NCBI GenBank assembly: GCA_030637655.1
Contig: DAOWGI010000054.1
Location: 1-14,832 of the forward strand
Source: a candidate division FCPU426 bacterium
Lineage (GTDB): Bacteria > Oederibacteriota > JAAXVQ01 > JAUVAV01
Length of the DNA stretch: 14,832 nucleotides
Reading direction: 5' to 3'
The notes beneath the pieces were generated by a model, which did no database searches, had not been told where the DNA came from, and saw only the letters and a list, made by a program, of their open reading frames with translations. Below, piece after piece: positions 1 to 7,809 of the stretch. A program made the position numbers and the translations under genes. Position 1 is the stretch's first letter. Each line of letters begins with the position of its first letter.

Positions 1-824
1 AACTGCTTTTTAGCAGCCAGCAACAATCCAGGATGCAGATTGTGTTGCTGGGCCAGAGCAATAATTTCTCCGGCCTGAACATTGCCCTCAACCGCATGTT
101 TTTCCAGTCTGACACGTATCTGGTTTGTTGACCATTGCCCGAAATTTTCCAAACCCAAACGCGCACTGGATTTGGCATGCTCTGACAAATCCAGTTGCGA
201 TGATGAAAATTCAGCCACGGGTAAAACGAATCCACCTTTTCGGCGCGCGCGGCCGGAGCCGGCCACATATACCTCTCCGGTCAGGCGCGCTTTTCCCTGC
301 TGCTCGCTTAGTAAACCATCTGTTTCTTGGGCTATCTGAATGTCCTGAGGATTCACAGTTTCCAGCCTTATTTCCGGCAAGCCGGACATATCCCTGGATT
401 TTACCTCATACTCACTCAGTGGCAAAACCTCCTGTGTTCTTGCCTGTTGCTCCTTTTGGGACTGATTCTGATTTTTCTGATCCCGCACGATCAAGGTTCC
501 CAGCAGACCCGTTAACACGATTCCCATGACAACCCAGGAGGTGGTGGAATTGAAAAACAGCCCTTTACCCAAACCGCCGGTTCCTTGCGAACCACCGCCG
601 GTCTCCGTCTGAATCCGGCGCATAATGTTTTGACGAAATTCCGGCGGGGCTTGAATTTCCGCTGGTTTGGCCCCCTGCATATCCAAGTGAAAAGACCGCA
701 TGGCTTCAAATTCTTCCTTGGCAGCCGCGCTCGCTTGAATCGTGGTTTCCACCACTTTTCGTTCTTTTGGCGACCCTCTCCCATCCAGGTAAGCGGAGAA
801 TAATTCGTGTAATTTTTCTTTCAT
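1..824 (-). CDS. Membrane-anchored anti-sigma factor, RsiW/RseA-like architecture; runs off the left edge and is absent from the ORF track
   Basis: ATG at 824-822 overlaps the sigma factor stop (ATGA) and the frame is open to the window edge (274 codons). Manual translation begins [43 protein letters not shown], an anti-sigma-domain pattern (LSAYLDG-like start). It is followed by a Gly-rich linker [13 protein letters not shown], a TM helix [17 protein letters not shown] and a polar extracytoplasmic region. Confidence 0.85.
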   Translation of the reverse strand, partial: MKEKLHELFSAYLDGRGSPKERKVVETTIQASAAAKEEFEAMRSFHLDMQGAKPAEIQAPPEFRQNIMRRIQTETGGGSQGTGGLGKGLFFNSTTSWVVMGIVLTGLLGTLIVRDQKNQNQSQKEQQARTQEVLPLSEYEVKSRDMSGLPEIRLETVNPQDIQIAQETDGLLSEQQGKARLTGEVYVAGSGRARRKGGFVLPVAEFSSSQLDLSEHAKSSARLGLENFGQWSTNQIRVRLEKHAVEGNVQAGEIIALAQQHNLHPGLLLAAKKQ

Positions 825-1453
825 TTCCGCTCGCCCCCTTTCTGTGTGAGATTTTTTTTTAAATTTTGCCGGGCGCGAAATAAGCAGGAAGAGACCGTAG
901 ACACCGGCACCCCCATACTTTCTGCAATTTCCTCATAATTCAGTTCTTCATAATGACAGAGCACAATGGCTTGCTGTTGATCCGATGGCAGGCTTTGAAT
1001 CGCCGCCCGAAGCTTTTCAGTTTTATTTTCAGCCTGCATCTGGGTATCCGCCACTTGCGCTTTAGGGTCACGCAGCACGCTTTGTACATTATTCTCCTGC
1101 GCTGCTTCCAGGGAAACCGCAGTGCCGTAAATCTCGCGTTTCTTTTTTTCCAAAACACTAAAACAATGATTGGTTGTCACTGAATACAGCCAGGTACCAA
1201 ACGCGGACTTACCCTTGAAACTCTTAATGTTCTTAAACACCTTTAAAAATACCTCTTGGGCTTCATCCAAGGCTTGGTGATAATCGCGCAAATAACGCAA
1301 AGCCAAATTTAACACCCGGTTTTCATACCGGCTGATCAGCACATTAAAGGCTTCCTGATCACCGGCTTGGCAGCGCACAATAATATCTTTTTCAGACAAT
1401 TGGGTATATTGGAAGGATAGAGGATGGTTTTCCGAAGTCACTACCGGCGTCAT
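821..1453 (-). CDS. ECF (group 4 sigma70) RNA polymerase sigma factor, RpoE/SigW-like
   Basis: 210 aa. Region 2: [17 protein letters not shown]...[35 protein letters not shown]. Region 4: [44 protein letters not shown]. The start overlaps the tadC stop (TAATG); a slightly later start cannot be excluded. Confidence 0.95.
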   Translation of the reverse strand: MTPVVTSENHPLSFQYTQLSEKDIIVRCQAGDQEAFNVLISRYENRVLNLALRYLRDYHQALDEAQEVFLKVFKNIKSFKGKSAFGTWLYSVTTNHCFSVLEKKKREIYGTAVSLEAAQENNVQSVLRDPKAQVADTQMQAENKTEKLRAAIQSLPSDQQQAIVLCHYEELNYEEIAESMGVPVSTVSSCLFRARQNLKKNLTQKGGERK

Positions 1454-2340
1454 TAAAATCCCTGCATAAAACGAATCACGATCGGTCCAAAGAGTACCAG
1501 GAAAACCACCGGGAAAATAAACACAATCAGCGGAAAAAGCAATTTCACCGGAGCTTCCAGCGCTTGTTTCTCAATACTCTGCGATCGTTTGGTACGCAGC
1601 TGACCTGCTTGCTGCTTTAAAGTATTTGCCACACTCACACCTAAACGTTCTGCCTGGACAAGCGAGGTAATAAAAGTGGTAAAATCAGAATCCTCCACCC
1701 GTTCCCCCATGGCTTTGAGCGCATCCCGGCGCGAACGGCCCATGCGTATGGCTCGCATCATCTCACTCAATTCCTGATATAAAAATCCTTTTTTACTGCG
1801 CTCCAGAATAATCCCTGCGGCTTGTTCAAATCCCAGACCCGCTTCCATGCAAGAGGCCAACAAATCCAGGGTATCCGGTAGTTCACGCATTATACCTTTG
1901 CGGCGGACAGTCTCTTTTTCCTTGAGCCAGAGATCCGGCAGAAAAAATGCAGCCACTGCCATGAGCAGCGAATACAGGATTCCGGCCTCAATAAAAAATC
2001 CGGCCAAGCCTCCGGCCAGAGCGCTCAGCTCTTTGGTCACTAACCACTCGGCGGCCAGGCGTCCGCTCCAGAGCGGTTGCCTTGCCAACTGTTTTTCCAC
2101 TTTAATTCCCCAGGCTGAAGGAACCCATGGCTTTTGCCATCCTGCCAACACGGGTAGTACGCGGAAATAAAAATCCTGTATCGGACTGCGTTTGCCGGAT
2201 GCCTGATTATGCTCCGTGGATGTTCTGACCACAGCCAGGGCCAGACGGCGCAGCCGGATCTCTGTCAGCCATTTTTGCCCAGCGTGCGCCAGCAGAAACA
2301 CGGAAATGGATAGTAAGATAGGAATTAACCATTCAAACAT
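1453..2340 (-). CDS. tadC: Tad pilus inner-membrane platform protein TadC (T2SSF/PilC family)
   Basis: Motifs [41 protein letters not shown] and [24 protein letters not shown]. Preferred start is ATG 2340 (MFEWL) with SD GAGG upstream; the ORF track extends to 2361. Confidence 0.93.
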   Translation of the reverse strand: MFEWLIPILLSISVFLLAHAGQKWLTEIRLRRLALAVVRTSTEHNQASGKRSPIQDFYFRVLPVLAGWQKPWVPSAWGIKVEKQLARQPLWSGRLAAEWLVTKELSALAGGLAGFFIEAGILYSLLMAVAAFFLPDLWLKEKETVRRKGIMRELPDTLDLLASCMEAGLGFEQAAGIILERSKKGFLYQELSEMMRAIRMGRSRRDALKAMGERVEDSDFTTFITSLVQAERLGVSVANTLKQQAGQLRTKRSQSIEKQALEAPVKLLFPLIVFIFPVVFLVLFGPIVIRFMQGF

Positions 2341-2350
2341 TGTGTTACCT

Positions 2351-3247
2351 CTAAGTCTCAATATTTACAATCTGACGAATAAAAAACGCTCCCAGCAATT
2401 CCATAACCAATCCGCCAATCAGCATAGTAATGCCCAAAGGATGATGAAAAAAAACAGACATCAATTCCGGATCCAGCAAAGTTAGGCCGATTAACAAGGC
2501 CACTGGTAATAAACCGACCACCCAGCCGGACATTTTACCCTGAGCGGTTAAGGAATCAATACGGCCTTTCAAGCGAAAACGTTCACGCACGGTCTCAATA
2601 ATCCGTCCTGCCACTTCAGCCAAATTACCGCCGGTCCGCAAGGACACACTGCTGGCTACCACAAATAATTCCAAATCTTTGTGCGGCCAGCGTTTGAGCA
2701 TTTTTTCCAGCGCGTCTTCCGGCGAGAGACCCAAACGACAGTCACGAACCACCTCGCCAAATTCTTCGAACATGGGTGCTGCCGCTTCCTTAGCTACTAC
2801 TTCCAAAGCTTGCACCACAGATAGACCGGCCCGCATGGAATTACTGATCAATTCCAGCGCATCCGGCAGCTGCATCTCCAAAGCTTGCCCACGCTGACGC
2901 TGCAGCATTAGCAAGAGGATACGTGGAAAGAGATAACCAACAACAGCCAAGACCACGGCCGTTAAATATGTAACCGGATCTTTGGGATTACCACCGGAAA
3001 AGACAAATCCGAACAACCCACCAATTATGCCTGTTAGCGCTGCTAATCGCCGCAATTGATAGGGTGTCCATTTCCTCAGTGTGGTTAAGGGTGGTAATTT
3101 TCCAGCAGATCCCTGTTTGTTTTTAAATTTTTGCAGCCATGACGTTGAGGAAGAAACCGGACGCGCAGAAAATTGCCTGACCATCAAATAGACAGCTAGA
3201 AAAGCAAACGCAATACCGACATATTTAATTGCAATTAAATATTCCAT
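2351..3247 (-). CDS. tadB: Tad pilus inner-membrane platform protein TadB (T2SSF family)
   Basis: Motifs QLPDALELISNSMRAGLS, TGGNLAEV and RERFRLKGRIDSLTAQGKMSGWVVGLLP. Preferred start is ATG 3247 (MEYLI) after SD AGAGG; the ORF track's extension to 3307 runs through a REP hairpin. Confidence 0.93.
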   Translation of the reverse strand: MEYLIAIKYVGIAFAFLAVYLMVRQFSARPVSSSTSWLQKFKNKQGSAGKLPPLTTLRKWTPYQLRRLAALTGIIGGLFGFVFSGGNPKDPVTYLTAVVLAVVGYLFPRILLLMLQRQRGQALEMQLPDALELISNSMRAGLSVVQALEVVAKEAAAPMFEEFGEVVRDCRLGLSPEDALEKMLKRWPHKDLELFVVASSVSLRTGGNLAEVAGRIIETVRERFRLKGRIDSLTAQGKMSGWVVGLLPVALLIGLTLLDPELMSVFFHHPLGITMLIGGLVMELLGAFFIRQIVNIET

Positions 3248-3259
3248 TAATTCGACCTC

Positions 3260-3319
3260 TGTAGGGGCACGACATCCGACTTCGCTAAGGCGATGTTGGG
3301 CAAGCATCGTGCCCCTACA
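3260..3319. repeat. GTAG-type REP-like palindrome with a nested inner hairpin
   Basis: Perfect 13-bp arms TGTAGGGGCACGA (3260-3272) and TCGTGCCCCTACA (3307-3319). Inner hairpin CCGAC-T-TCGC-TAAG-GCGA-T-GTTGG at 3276-3299. Confidence 0.85.
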
Positions 3320-3322
3320 ACA

Positions 3323-5413
3323 TTATTTTTTAAATATTTTAGGATCAATTTCAATTCCCTGTACAGCCAATTCCGCCACCAACGGCGGCTGGTGTCCGGT
3401 AGCCTTAAAACTGCCTTGCACTTTACCGGATTTGTCCACGCCGGTCTGTTTGAAAACAAAAATATCTTTCAATATAATATTGCCTTCCTCAATACCAACC
3501 ACTTCGGATATTTGGGTTACTTTGCGGGACCCGTCCTGCAAGCGCGATTGCTGTACCACCAGATCCACGGCACCGGCCACTTGTTCCCGAATCGCGCGTA
3601 TGGGCAAGTCCATGCCGGACATCAAGACCATGGTTTCCAGACGGGCAATCGTGTCTTTGGCGGAATTCGCGTGTGCTGTGGTCAAGGAGCCATCGTGTCC
3701 TGTATTCATAGCTTGGAGCATATCCAAGGCCTCACCGCCGCGGCATTCACCCACCACAATCCGGTCCGGCCGCATACGCAAACAGTTACGCACCAAGTCG
3801 CGAATGGTCACCGCACCCTTGCCTTCGATATTGGCCGGCCGGGCTTCTAAGGTAACCACATGGGGTTGAGGCAGATTTAATTCTGCCGCATCTTCAACAG
3901 TAATAATACGTTCGCTTTCCGGAATGTAGGAAGCTACGATATTCAACAACGTTGTTTTCCCTGAACCGGTCCCTCCGGAGATAACAATGTTTTTTCTACC
4001 TTTGACACAGGCGCCTAAAAAATCCGCCAGATCTTGGGTTAAAGAACCGAATTTGATCAAATCCTTAATATACAGCCGCTGCTGGGAAAATTTCCGAATG
4101 GTCAAACACGGCCCCTTCAGTGACAAAGGAGGCACAATGGCATGCACACGGGAACCATCAGGCAAACGCGCGTCCACATACGGCTGGCTCTCGTCAATGC
4201 GCCGACCCAAGGGCGCCACGATTCTTTCAATCACAGTCATAAGCTGCTTGTTATTTAAAAAATGTTTGGAACTCAATTCCAAGCGCCCGGATCGTTCTAC
4301 ATATATCTGATCCGCTTTGATCACCATCACCTCAGTAATTGCTTCATCCCGAATAAATTCTTCCAAAGGACCCAGACCTAATGCTTCATCCACCACTTCC
4401 AGCACCAGGCGCTCCCGCTCTTCCCGATTAGTTAATTCCGGTGCTTCCATAGCCATCAAAGAGGTTACCACAACTTCCACTTTTTCCCGCAAGAGCGCCT
4501 GGCCTTGCGTGGTACGCGCAGATTCTGAAGCCGTGGTTTTGAGTTCCGGATTTTCCAGCAGCAGAGTGTGAATACGCTCTTTGATCTGCAGACGATTGAT
4601 TTTGGCTTTGCTCTGGATGACAGGATGATCCGCTTCTATATCTGCTGCTTCGGCTTCCGGCTGAAGGTTGCGCAACTGTTGGCAGAGCGCTTTTATATTT
4701 TTAGCAAATGAAGAATTCGGAAATAAAGAGACCAGCTCCGTATGTTGATTCTGAGCTTCGGTCGCATGCTGATCATAGGGCAATCGCATCCACACTTTAT
4801 ATCCGACTAAGGTTTTTTCCAAATCCTGGGTTTGCAAAGCATCGGAAAGATTCGCGCGATTTAAGAGTAAGCCGGTCTTGGCTGCCGGAAATTTGAGTTC
4901 CTGGTATTTCAAAACATCCTGACGTTCCTGCTTGAGCCCAACCAAATCCGGTGAGCAAACCATAAAGATCAGATCGCAGGCATCCAAGACGCTCAAGGCC
5001 AAGCTGTCCCAGCCTTTCAATCCATCCACCACCACATAATCAAAAGCTGTGCGGAACAATTCCAAAGCGCGCAGAATCTGTTGACTGGGAACACCACAGG
5101 CAGCCTGCTCACTTTCAGCCAAAGTGGCCAGTTCAACCCCAGAGCGACTGTGGGGAAAATATCCGCGTATCGTATTCTCATCAAAACGGGTCAAGTGCCC
5201 GGAAATTTCCGCCAGCGTATTTCCGGGCGGCAAATTCCAGCGGATTTTATGCTCAGCCCGAGCTTGCGGATCAATATCAAATAAAAGCACCCGGTATTGT
5301 CCGCGCTGCGCGAGTGCTACACTTAAATTCTGAGCAATAAAACTCTTGCCCTCACCGGCTTTGCCTCCGTGAAATACAACTATTTTCCCCGTGCCATCGA
5401 GCGCGTCTGCCAT
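3323..5413 (-). CDS. tadA: Fusion of a CpaE/TadZ-like (MinD/ParA family) domain and the CpaF/TadA pilus assembly ATPase
   Basis: 696 aa. N-terminal ~250 aa: deviant Walker A HGGKAGEGKS, VLLFDIDPQ, FDYVVVD, LLLNRA. C-terminal part: GLGPLE, RRIDESQPYVDARLPDGSR, Walker A GGTGSGKTT, LRMRPDRIVVGECRG and His box NTGHDGSLTTAHANS. SD AGGAG upstream. Confidence 0.93.
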   Translation of the reverse strand: MADALDGTGKIVVFHGGKAGEGKSFIAQNLSVALAQRGQYRVLLFDIDPQARAEHKIRWNLPPGNTLAEISGHLTRFDENTIRGYFPHSRSGVELATLAESEQAACGVPSQQILRALELFRTAFDYVVVDGLKGWDSLALSVLDACDLIFMVCSPDLVGLKQERQDVLKYQELKFPAAKTGLLLNRANLSDALQTQDLEKTLVGYKVWMRLPYDQHATEAQNQHTELVSLFPNSSFAKNIKALCQQLRNLQPEAEAADIEADHPVIQSKAKINRLQIKERIHTLLLENPELKTTASESARTTQGQALLREKVEVVVTSLMAMEAPELTNREERERLVLEVVDEALGLGPLEEFIRDEAITEVMVIKADQIYVERSGRLELSSKHFLNNKQLMTVIERIVAPLGRRIDESQPYVDARLPDGSRVHAIVPPLSLKGPCLTIRKFSQQRLYIKDLIKFGSLTQDLADFLGACVKGRKNIVISGGTGSGKTTLLNIVASYIPESERIITVEDAAELNLPQPHVVTLEARPANIEGKGAVTIRDLVRNCLRMRPDRIVVGECRGGEALDMLQAMNTGHDGSLTTAHANSAKDTIARLETMVLMSGMDLPIRAIREQVAGAVDLVVQQSRLQDGSRKVTQISEVVGIEEGNIILKDIFVFKQTGVDKSGKVQGSFKATGHQPPLVAELAVQGIEIDPKIFKK

Positions 5414-5425
5414 ATCTTCTCCTTG

Positions 5426-6376
5426 TTACCTGCCCACAATGCGAGGTGTTACAAAAATAACCAGTTCCGACTCTTCCCGAATAATCCGGGAGGACTTAAA
5501 CAAATATCCCAATATTGGGATGTCCGAGAGAATGGGTAGTCCCTGGTGATTGATCTGGTTCTTCTCCTGGATCAGTCCGCCGATAATCACTGTGGTCCCG
5601 GGCTTCACGTGAATCACAGTCTTGGCCCAACGGGTCTTGATTGAGGGATTACCCTGGATTAAATGCGTGAAATCCGCATCCGAGACTTCAGCACGAATAT
5701 CCACATTGATCCCATTGGTATTGTCTACTGTGGGTAAGACATCCAGATTCACACCGTATTTTTTCCATTCCACATTGGTCTGACCATTGGCACCTACTGT
5801 GGAAAAGGGTATTTCTCCACCTGAAGAAAAACTGGCTTGCCGACCGGAAAGGGTTAATAATTTGGGACGAGCCAAAATTTTGGCTTTACCTTGTTGATTT
5901 AATAATTTTAATAACAGGTCCAACTTACCGCGCTCCAAGGTGCCAATGGCACTTAAAGGAGAAGTGGTTTCTACTAAAGTCAAACTGCCGCCCAAACCTA
6001 AAATGCGTTCCCAATCCAGACCCAAGTCTTTGTCCTCTGAACTGCTGATTTCCATCACCTGTACATCTACCTGAATCATGGTTTGGGCTGTTCTTCCGGC
6101 AGTGACTATAACCGAAGAAATATTTTTACGTCCGCTCCGGCTCCAGGTAATTAACGTAGTTGTGCCCACTGCTTTGCCGCTAATCAGCAATTCTTTGTCA
6201 GTGATCTGTTTCAGATCGGCAATCTCAGGATTGCCAATAGCCACGCGCACAGGTGAACGCACACTCACCACTTTAGCACTGCCAATGGTCAATTTGATAT
6301 CTTTCCCAGCCCAGACTTGGGAATACGCACACAGGCTAAACACCAGAGCTAAAAGCAACCAAATAATTTTACGCAT
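5426..6376 (-). CDS. rcpA: Tad pilus secretin RcpA/CpaC, compact form
   Basis: 316 aa. Sec signal peptide (...SQVWA), pilus-formation N-domain (RVAIGNPEIAD...LLISGKAVGTTTLITW) and secretin core (ILARPKLLTLSGRQASFSSGGEIP, GLPILSDIPILGYLFKS, ESELVIFVTPRIV). SD GAGGAGG. Confidence 0.92.
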   Translation of the reverse strand: MRKIIWLLLALVFSLCAYSQVWAGKDIKLTIGSAKVVSVRSPVRVAIGNPEIADLKQITDKELLISGKAVGTTTLITWSRSGRKNISSVIVTAGRTAQTMIQVDVQVMEISSSEDKDLGLDWERILGLGGSLTLVETTSPLSAIGTLERGKLDLLLKLLNQQGKAKILARPKLLTLSGRQASFSSGGEIPFSTVGANGQTNVEWKKYGVNLDVLPTVDNTNGINVDIRAEVSDADFTHLIQGNPSIKTRWAKTVIHVKPGTTVIIGGLIQEKNQINHQGLPILSDIPILGYLFKSSRIIREESELVIFVTPRIVGR

Positions 6377-6396
6377 ACACCCTCCTCAGAAATACC

Positions 6397-6418
6397 TGAC
6401 CCGGACAAGCCGGGATCA
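6397..6418. repeat. Small hairpin at the edge of the composite repeat element, upstream of the rcpA RBS
   Basis: TGACCCGG-ACAAG-CCGGGATCA, an inverted repeat with a 1-nt bulge. Confidence 0.5.
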
Positions 6419-6475
6419 AATTTAGACGCCGATATTCGCAAATTAAAAATCTTTTTTATCCATTAAGCTATAAAT

Positions 6476-6552
6476 ATCTGCGTTCATCTGCGTTCATCTG
6501 CGTTCATCTGCGTTCATCTGCGTTCATCTGCGTTCATCTGCGTTCATCTGCG
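6476..6552. repeat. Perfect 10-bp tandem repeat (ATCTGCGTTC) x7.7
   Basis: CGTTCATCTG is repeated exactly 7 times at 6481-6550, with flanking partial units ATCTG and CG. The minus strand reads AACCGCAGAT(GAACGCAGAT)7. A degenerate inverted copy, GACGCCGATATTCGCAAAT, lies at 6425-6443. Confidence 0.97.
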
Positions 6553-6605
6553 GTTAATTTTCTTTCCATTTTGTAAATAATTTCATTTGTAAGATACTAT
6601 GGTTA

Positions 6606-7415
6606 TTATTGTAAACCACGAATGATCTGTATCTGTTTTTTCACCGGTTGGATATCATCTTTGCGCACCTTCATCAAAGGACCCAATACTGTCCCTAAGT
6701 TTTGATCCGTCAAATCCAAGCGATTCTCATCCCCGACTGAACGCAAGGCAAGTTGCAGACTGCCCTCTTGTTCGGCCAAGGCCAGCCTCACCGCATCAGC
6801 CGGCGCCACAGCCAGACAAATACTTAACGTATTACCAGGCACAGCTGAGCCTTTTTTTAGTTTGGGTTTGTCTGATGTGGTTTCATCGCCCACAGCAGTT
6901 ACTAATACATTCTGTGCCATAACTACGGAAGTAGTCTGTTTTTTCTTTTTGTATTGATGCTCAAAAGTACCAATAATATCCACGTGGTTACCCGGACGCA
7001 CATGACCTCCAATGGCTGCGCTCAAATCAAAAGCCAGGGAAATAATACGCAGTCCTTCAGGCACGACCCCGGCAAAACCAGGAAGTATTTTGGAAAGCTT
7101 ATTAGGCAGAACCTGTTCCCCTTTGGCCAACGGAACAATGGCAAACTGCCCTTGGTATTCTTTCCACTGTTTGATCACACCGTCTTTGTCCGGCGCGGCA
7201 ATGGCTCCGGGCATTACATAGGCACCGGGAATTTCATCAATCAGCACCTTGTCTCCTGTTAAAGCGGCCCCACGAGGTATGGGTTTTTTGGCAACCAAGA
7301 CTTTGATTGGCGTGACATCGGCTTTTACGGCAGCTTCTTTTTCGGAGATATAATAATAAGTAAGCAAGGCGGCAATAATTGCCAAAAGGAGTGCGATGAG
7401 GGTTTGTCTGTTCAT
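6606..7415 (-). CDS. cpaB: Flp pilus assembly protein CpaB/RcpC (SAF + RcpC domains)
   Basis: N-terminal TM helix, SAF motif VLVAKKPIPRG, and RcpC motifs VPEGLRIISL, IGGHVRPGNHVDII, QNVLVTAVG and LALAEQEGSLQLALRS. Preferred start is ATG 7415 (MNRQT) after SD AGGAGG. Confidence 0.93.
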   Translation of the reverse strand: MNRQTLIALLLAIIAALLTYYYISEKEAAVKADVTPIKVLVAKKPIPRGAALTGDKVLIDEIPGAYVMPGAIAAPDKDGVIKQWKEYQGQFAIVPLAKGEQVLPNKLSKILPGFAGVVPEGLRIISLAFDLSAAIGGHVRPGNHVDIIGTFEHQYKKKKQTTSVVMAQNVLVTAVGDETTSDKPKLKKGSAVPGNTLSICLAVAPADAVRLALAEQEGSLQLALRSVGDENRLDLTDQNLGTVLGPLMKVRKDDIQPVKKQIQIIRGLQ

Positions 7416-7601
7416 AATGCCTCCTAACGAAAATAAAATGTGCAATGCGGATCAGCTATATGAATCTTTGAAGTTATAGTTATACCTGATTTTCCAACAT
7501 TTTTATATTCCTATTTTGTTATAGTTGGTTTTTTTATTGCCTAATACTTTTGACAGGAAAATCCCGAAAAAATTGCATATAATTTAAATAAAATGAAAAA
7601 A

Positions 7602-7672
7602 GTAGGGAACGGTCGCAACCGAAGGGAATCCCTTTCTTATATATCCATTCCGATCGGGGGACCGTTCCCTAC
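7602..7672. repeat. GTAG-type REP-like palindrome with a nested inner hairpin
   Basis: Perfect 13-bp arms GTAGGGAACGGTC (7602-7614) and GACCGTTCCCTAC (7660-7672). Inner palindrome AAGGGA-A-TCCCTT at 7622-7634. Confidence 0.85.
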
Positions 7673-7751
7673 AGAAAATTTTTTTATTTCAAATTTCGAT
7701 TTTCTAAAAAGTGCCTGACACCAACCCAGCATATGATTTTATCCTGTTTTA

Positions 7752-7778
7752 TCTCTGTGTTCTCTGCGTCTCCTTGTG
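7752..7778. repeat. Degenerate 9-bp tandem repeat (minus strand CACAAGGAG-ACGCAGAGA-ACACAGAGA)
   Basis: Units TCTCTGTGT, TCTCTGCGT and CTCCTTGTG lie just downstream of the lipoprotein stop and share a TCTG(C/T)GT core with the 10-bp array. Confidence 0.55.
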
Positions 7779-7809
7779 CCCGTTTTTTGGGTATGCGGTG
7801 AATACGCGT

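Noticed and set aside
82-803. Several short ORFs from the track (82..339, 125..529, 327..515, 512..784, 585..803)
   Set aside because: All overlap the open minus-strand anti-sigma frame starting at 824, which explains the region better.
3248-3307. Extended tadB N-terminus (MLAQHRLSEV...)
   Set aside because: It translates the REP hairpin; ATG 3247 has a proper SD.
3293-5333. Multiple plus-strand ORFs opposite the tadA fusion
   Set aside because: Antisense shadows of a conserved gene, with no independent evidence.
6476-6552. CRISPR array
   Set aside because: Contiguous 10-bp units without spacers, and no cas genes in the window.
7550-7583. Plus-strand TTGACA...TATAAT promoter
   Set aside because: The spacer is 22 nt, too long for sigma70, and no credible plus-strand gene follows.
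7416-7600. ECF-type promoter upstream of cpaB
   Set aside because: The region is AT-rich and I found no convincing AAC-N16/17-CGT/TC type motif by eye; comparative data are needed.
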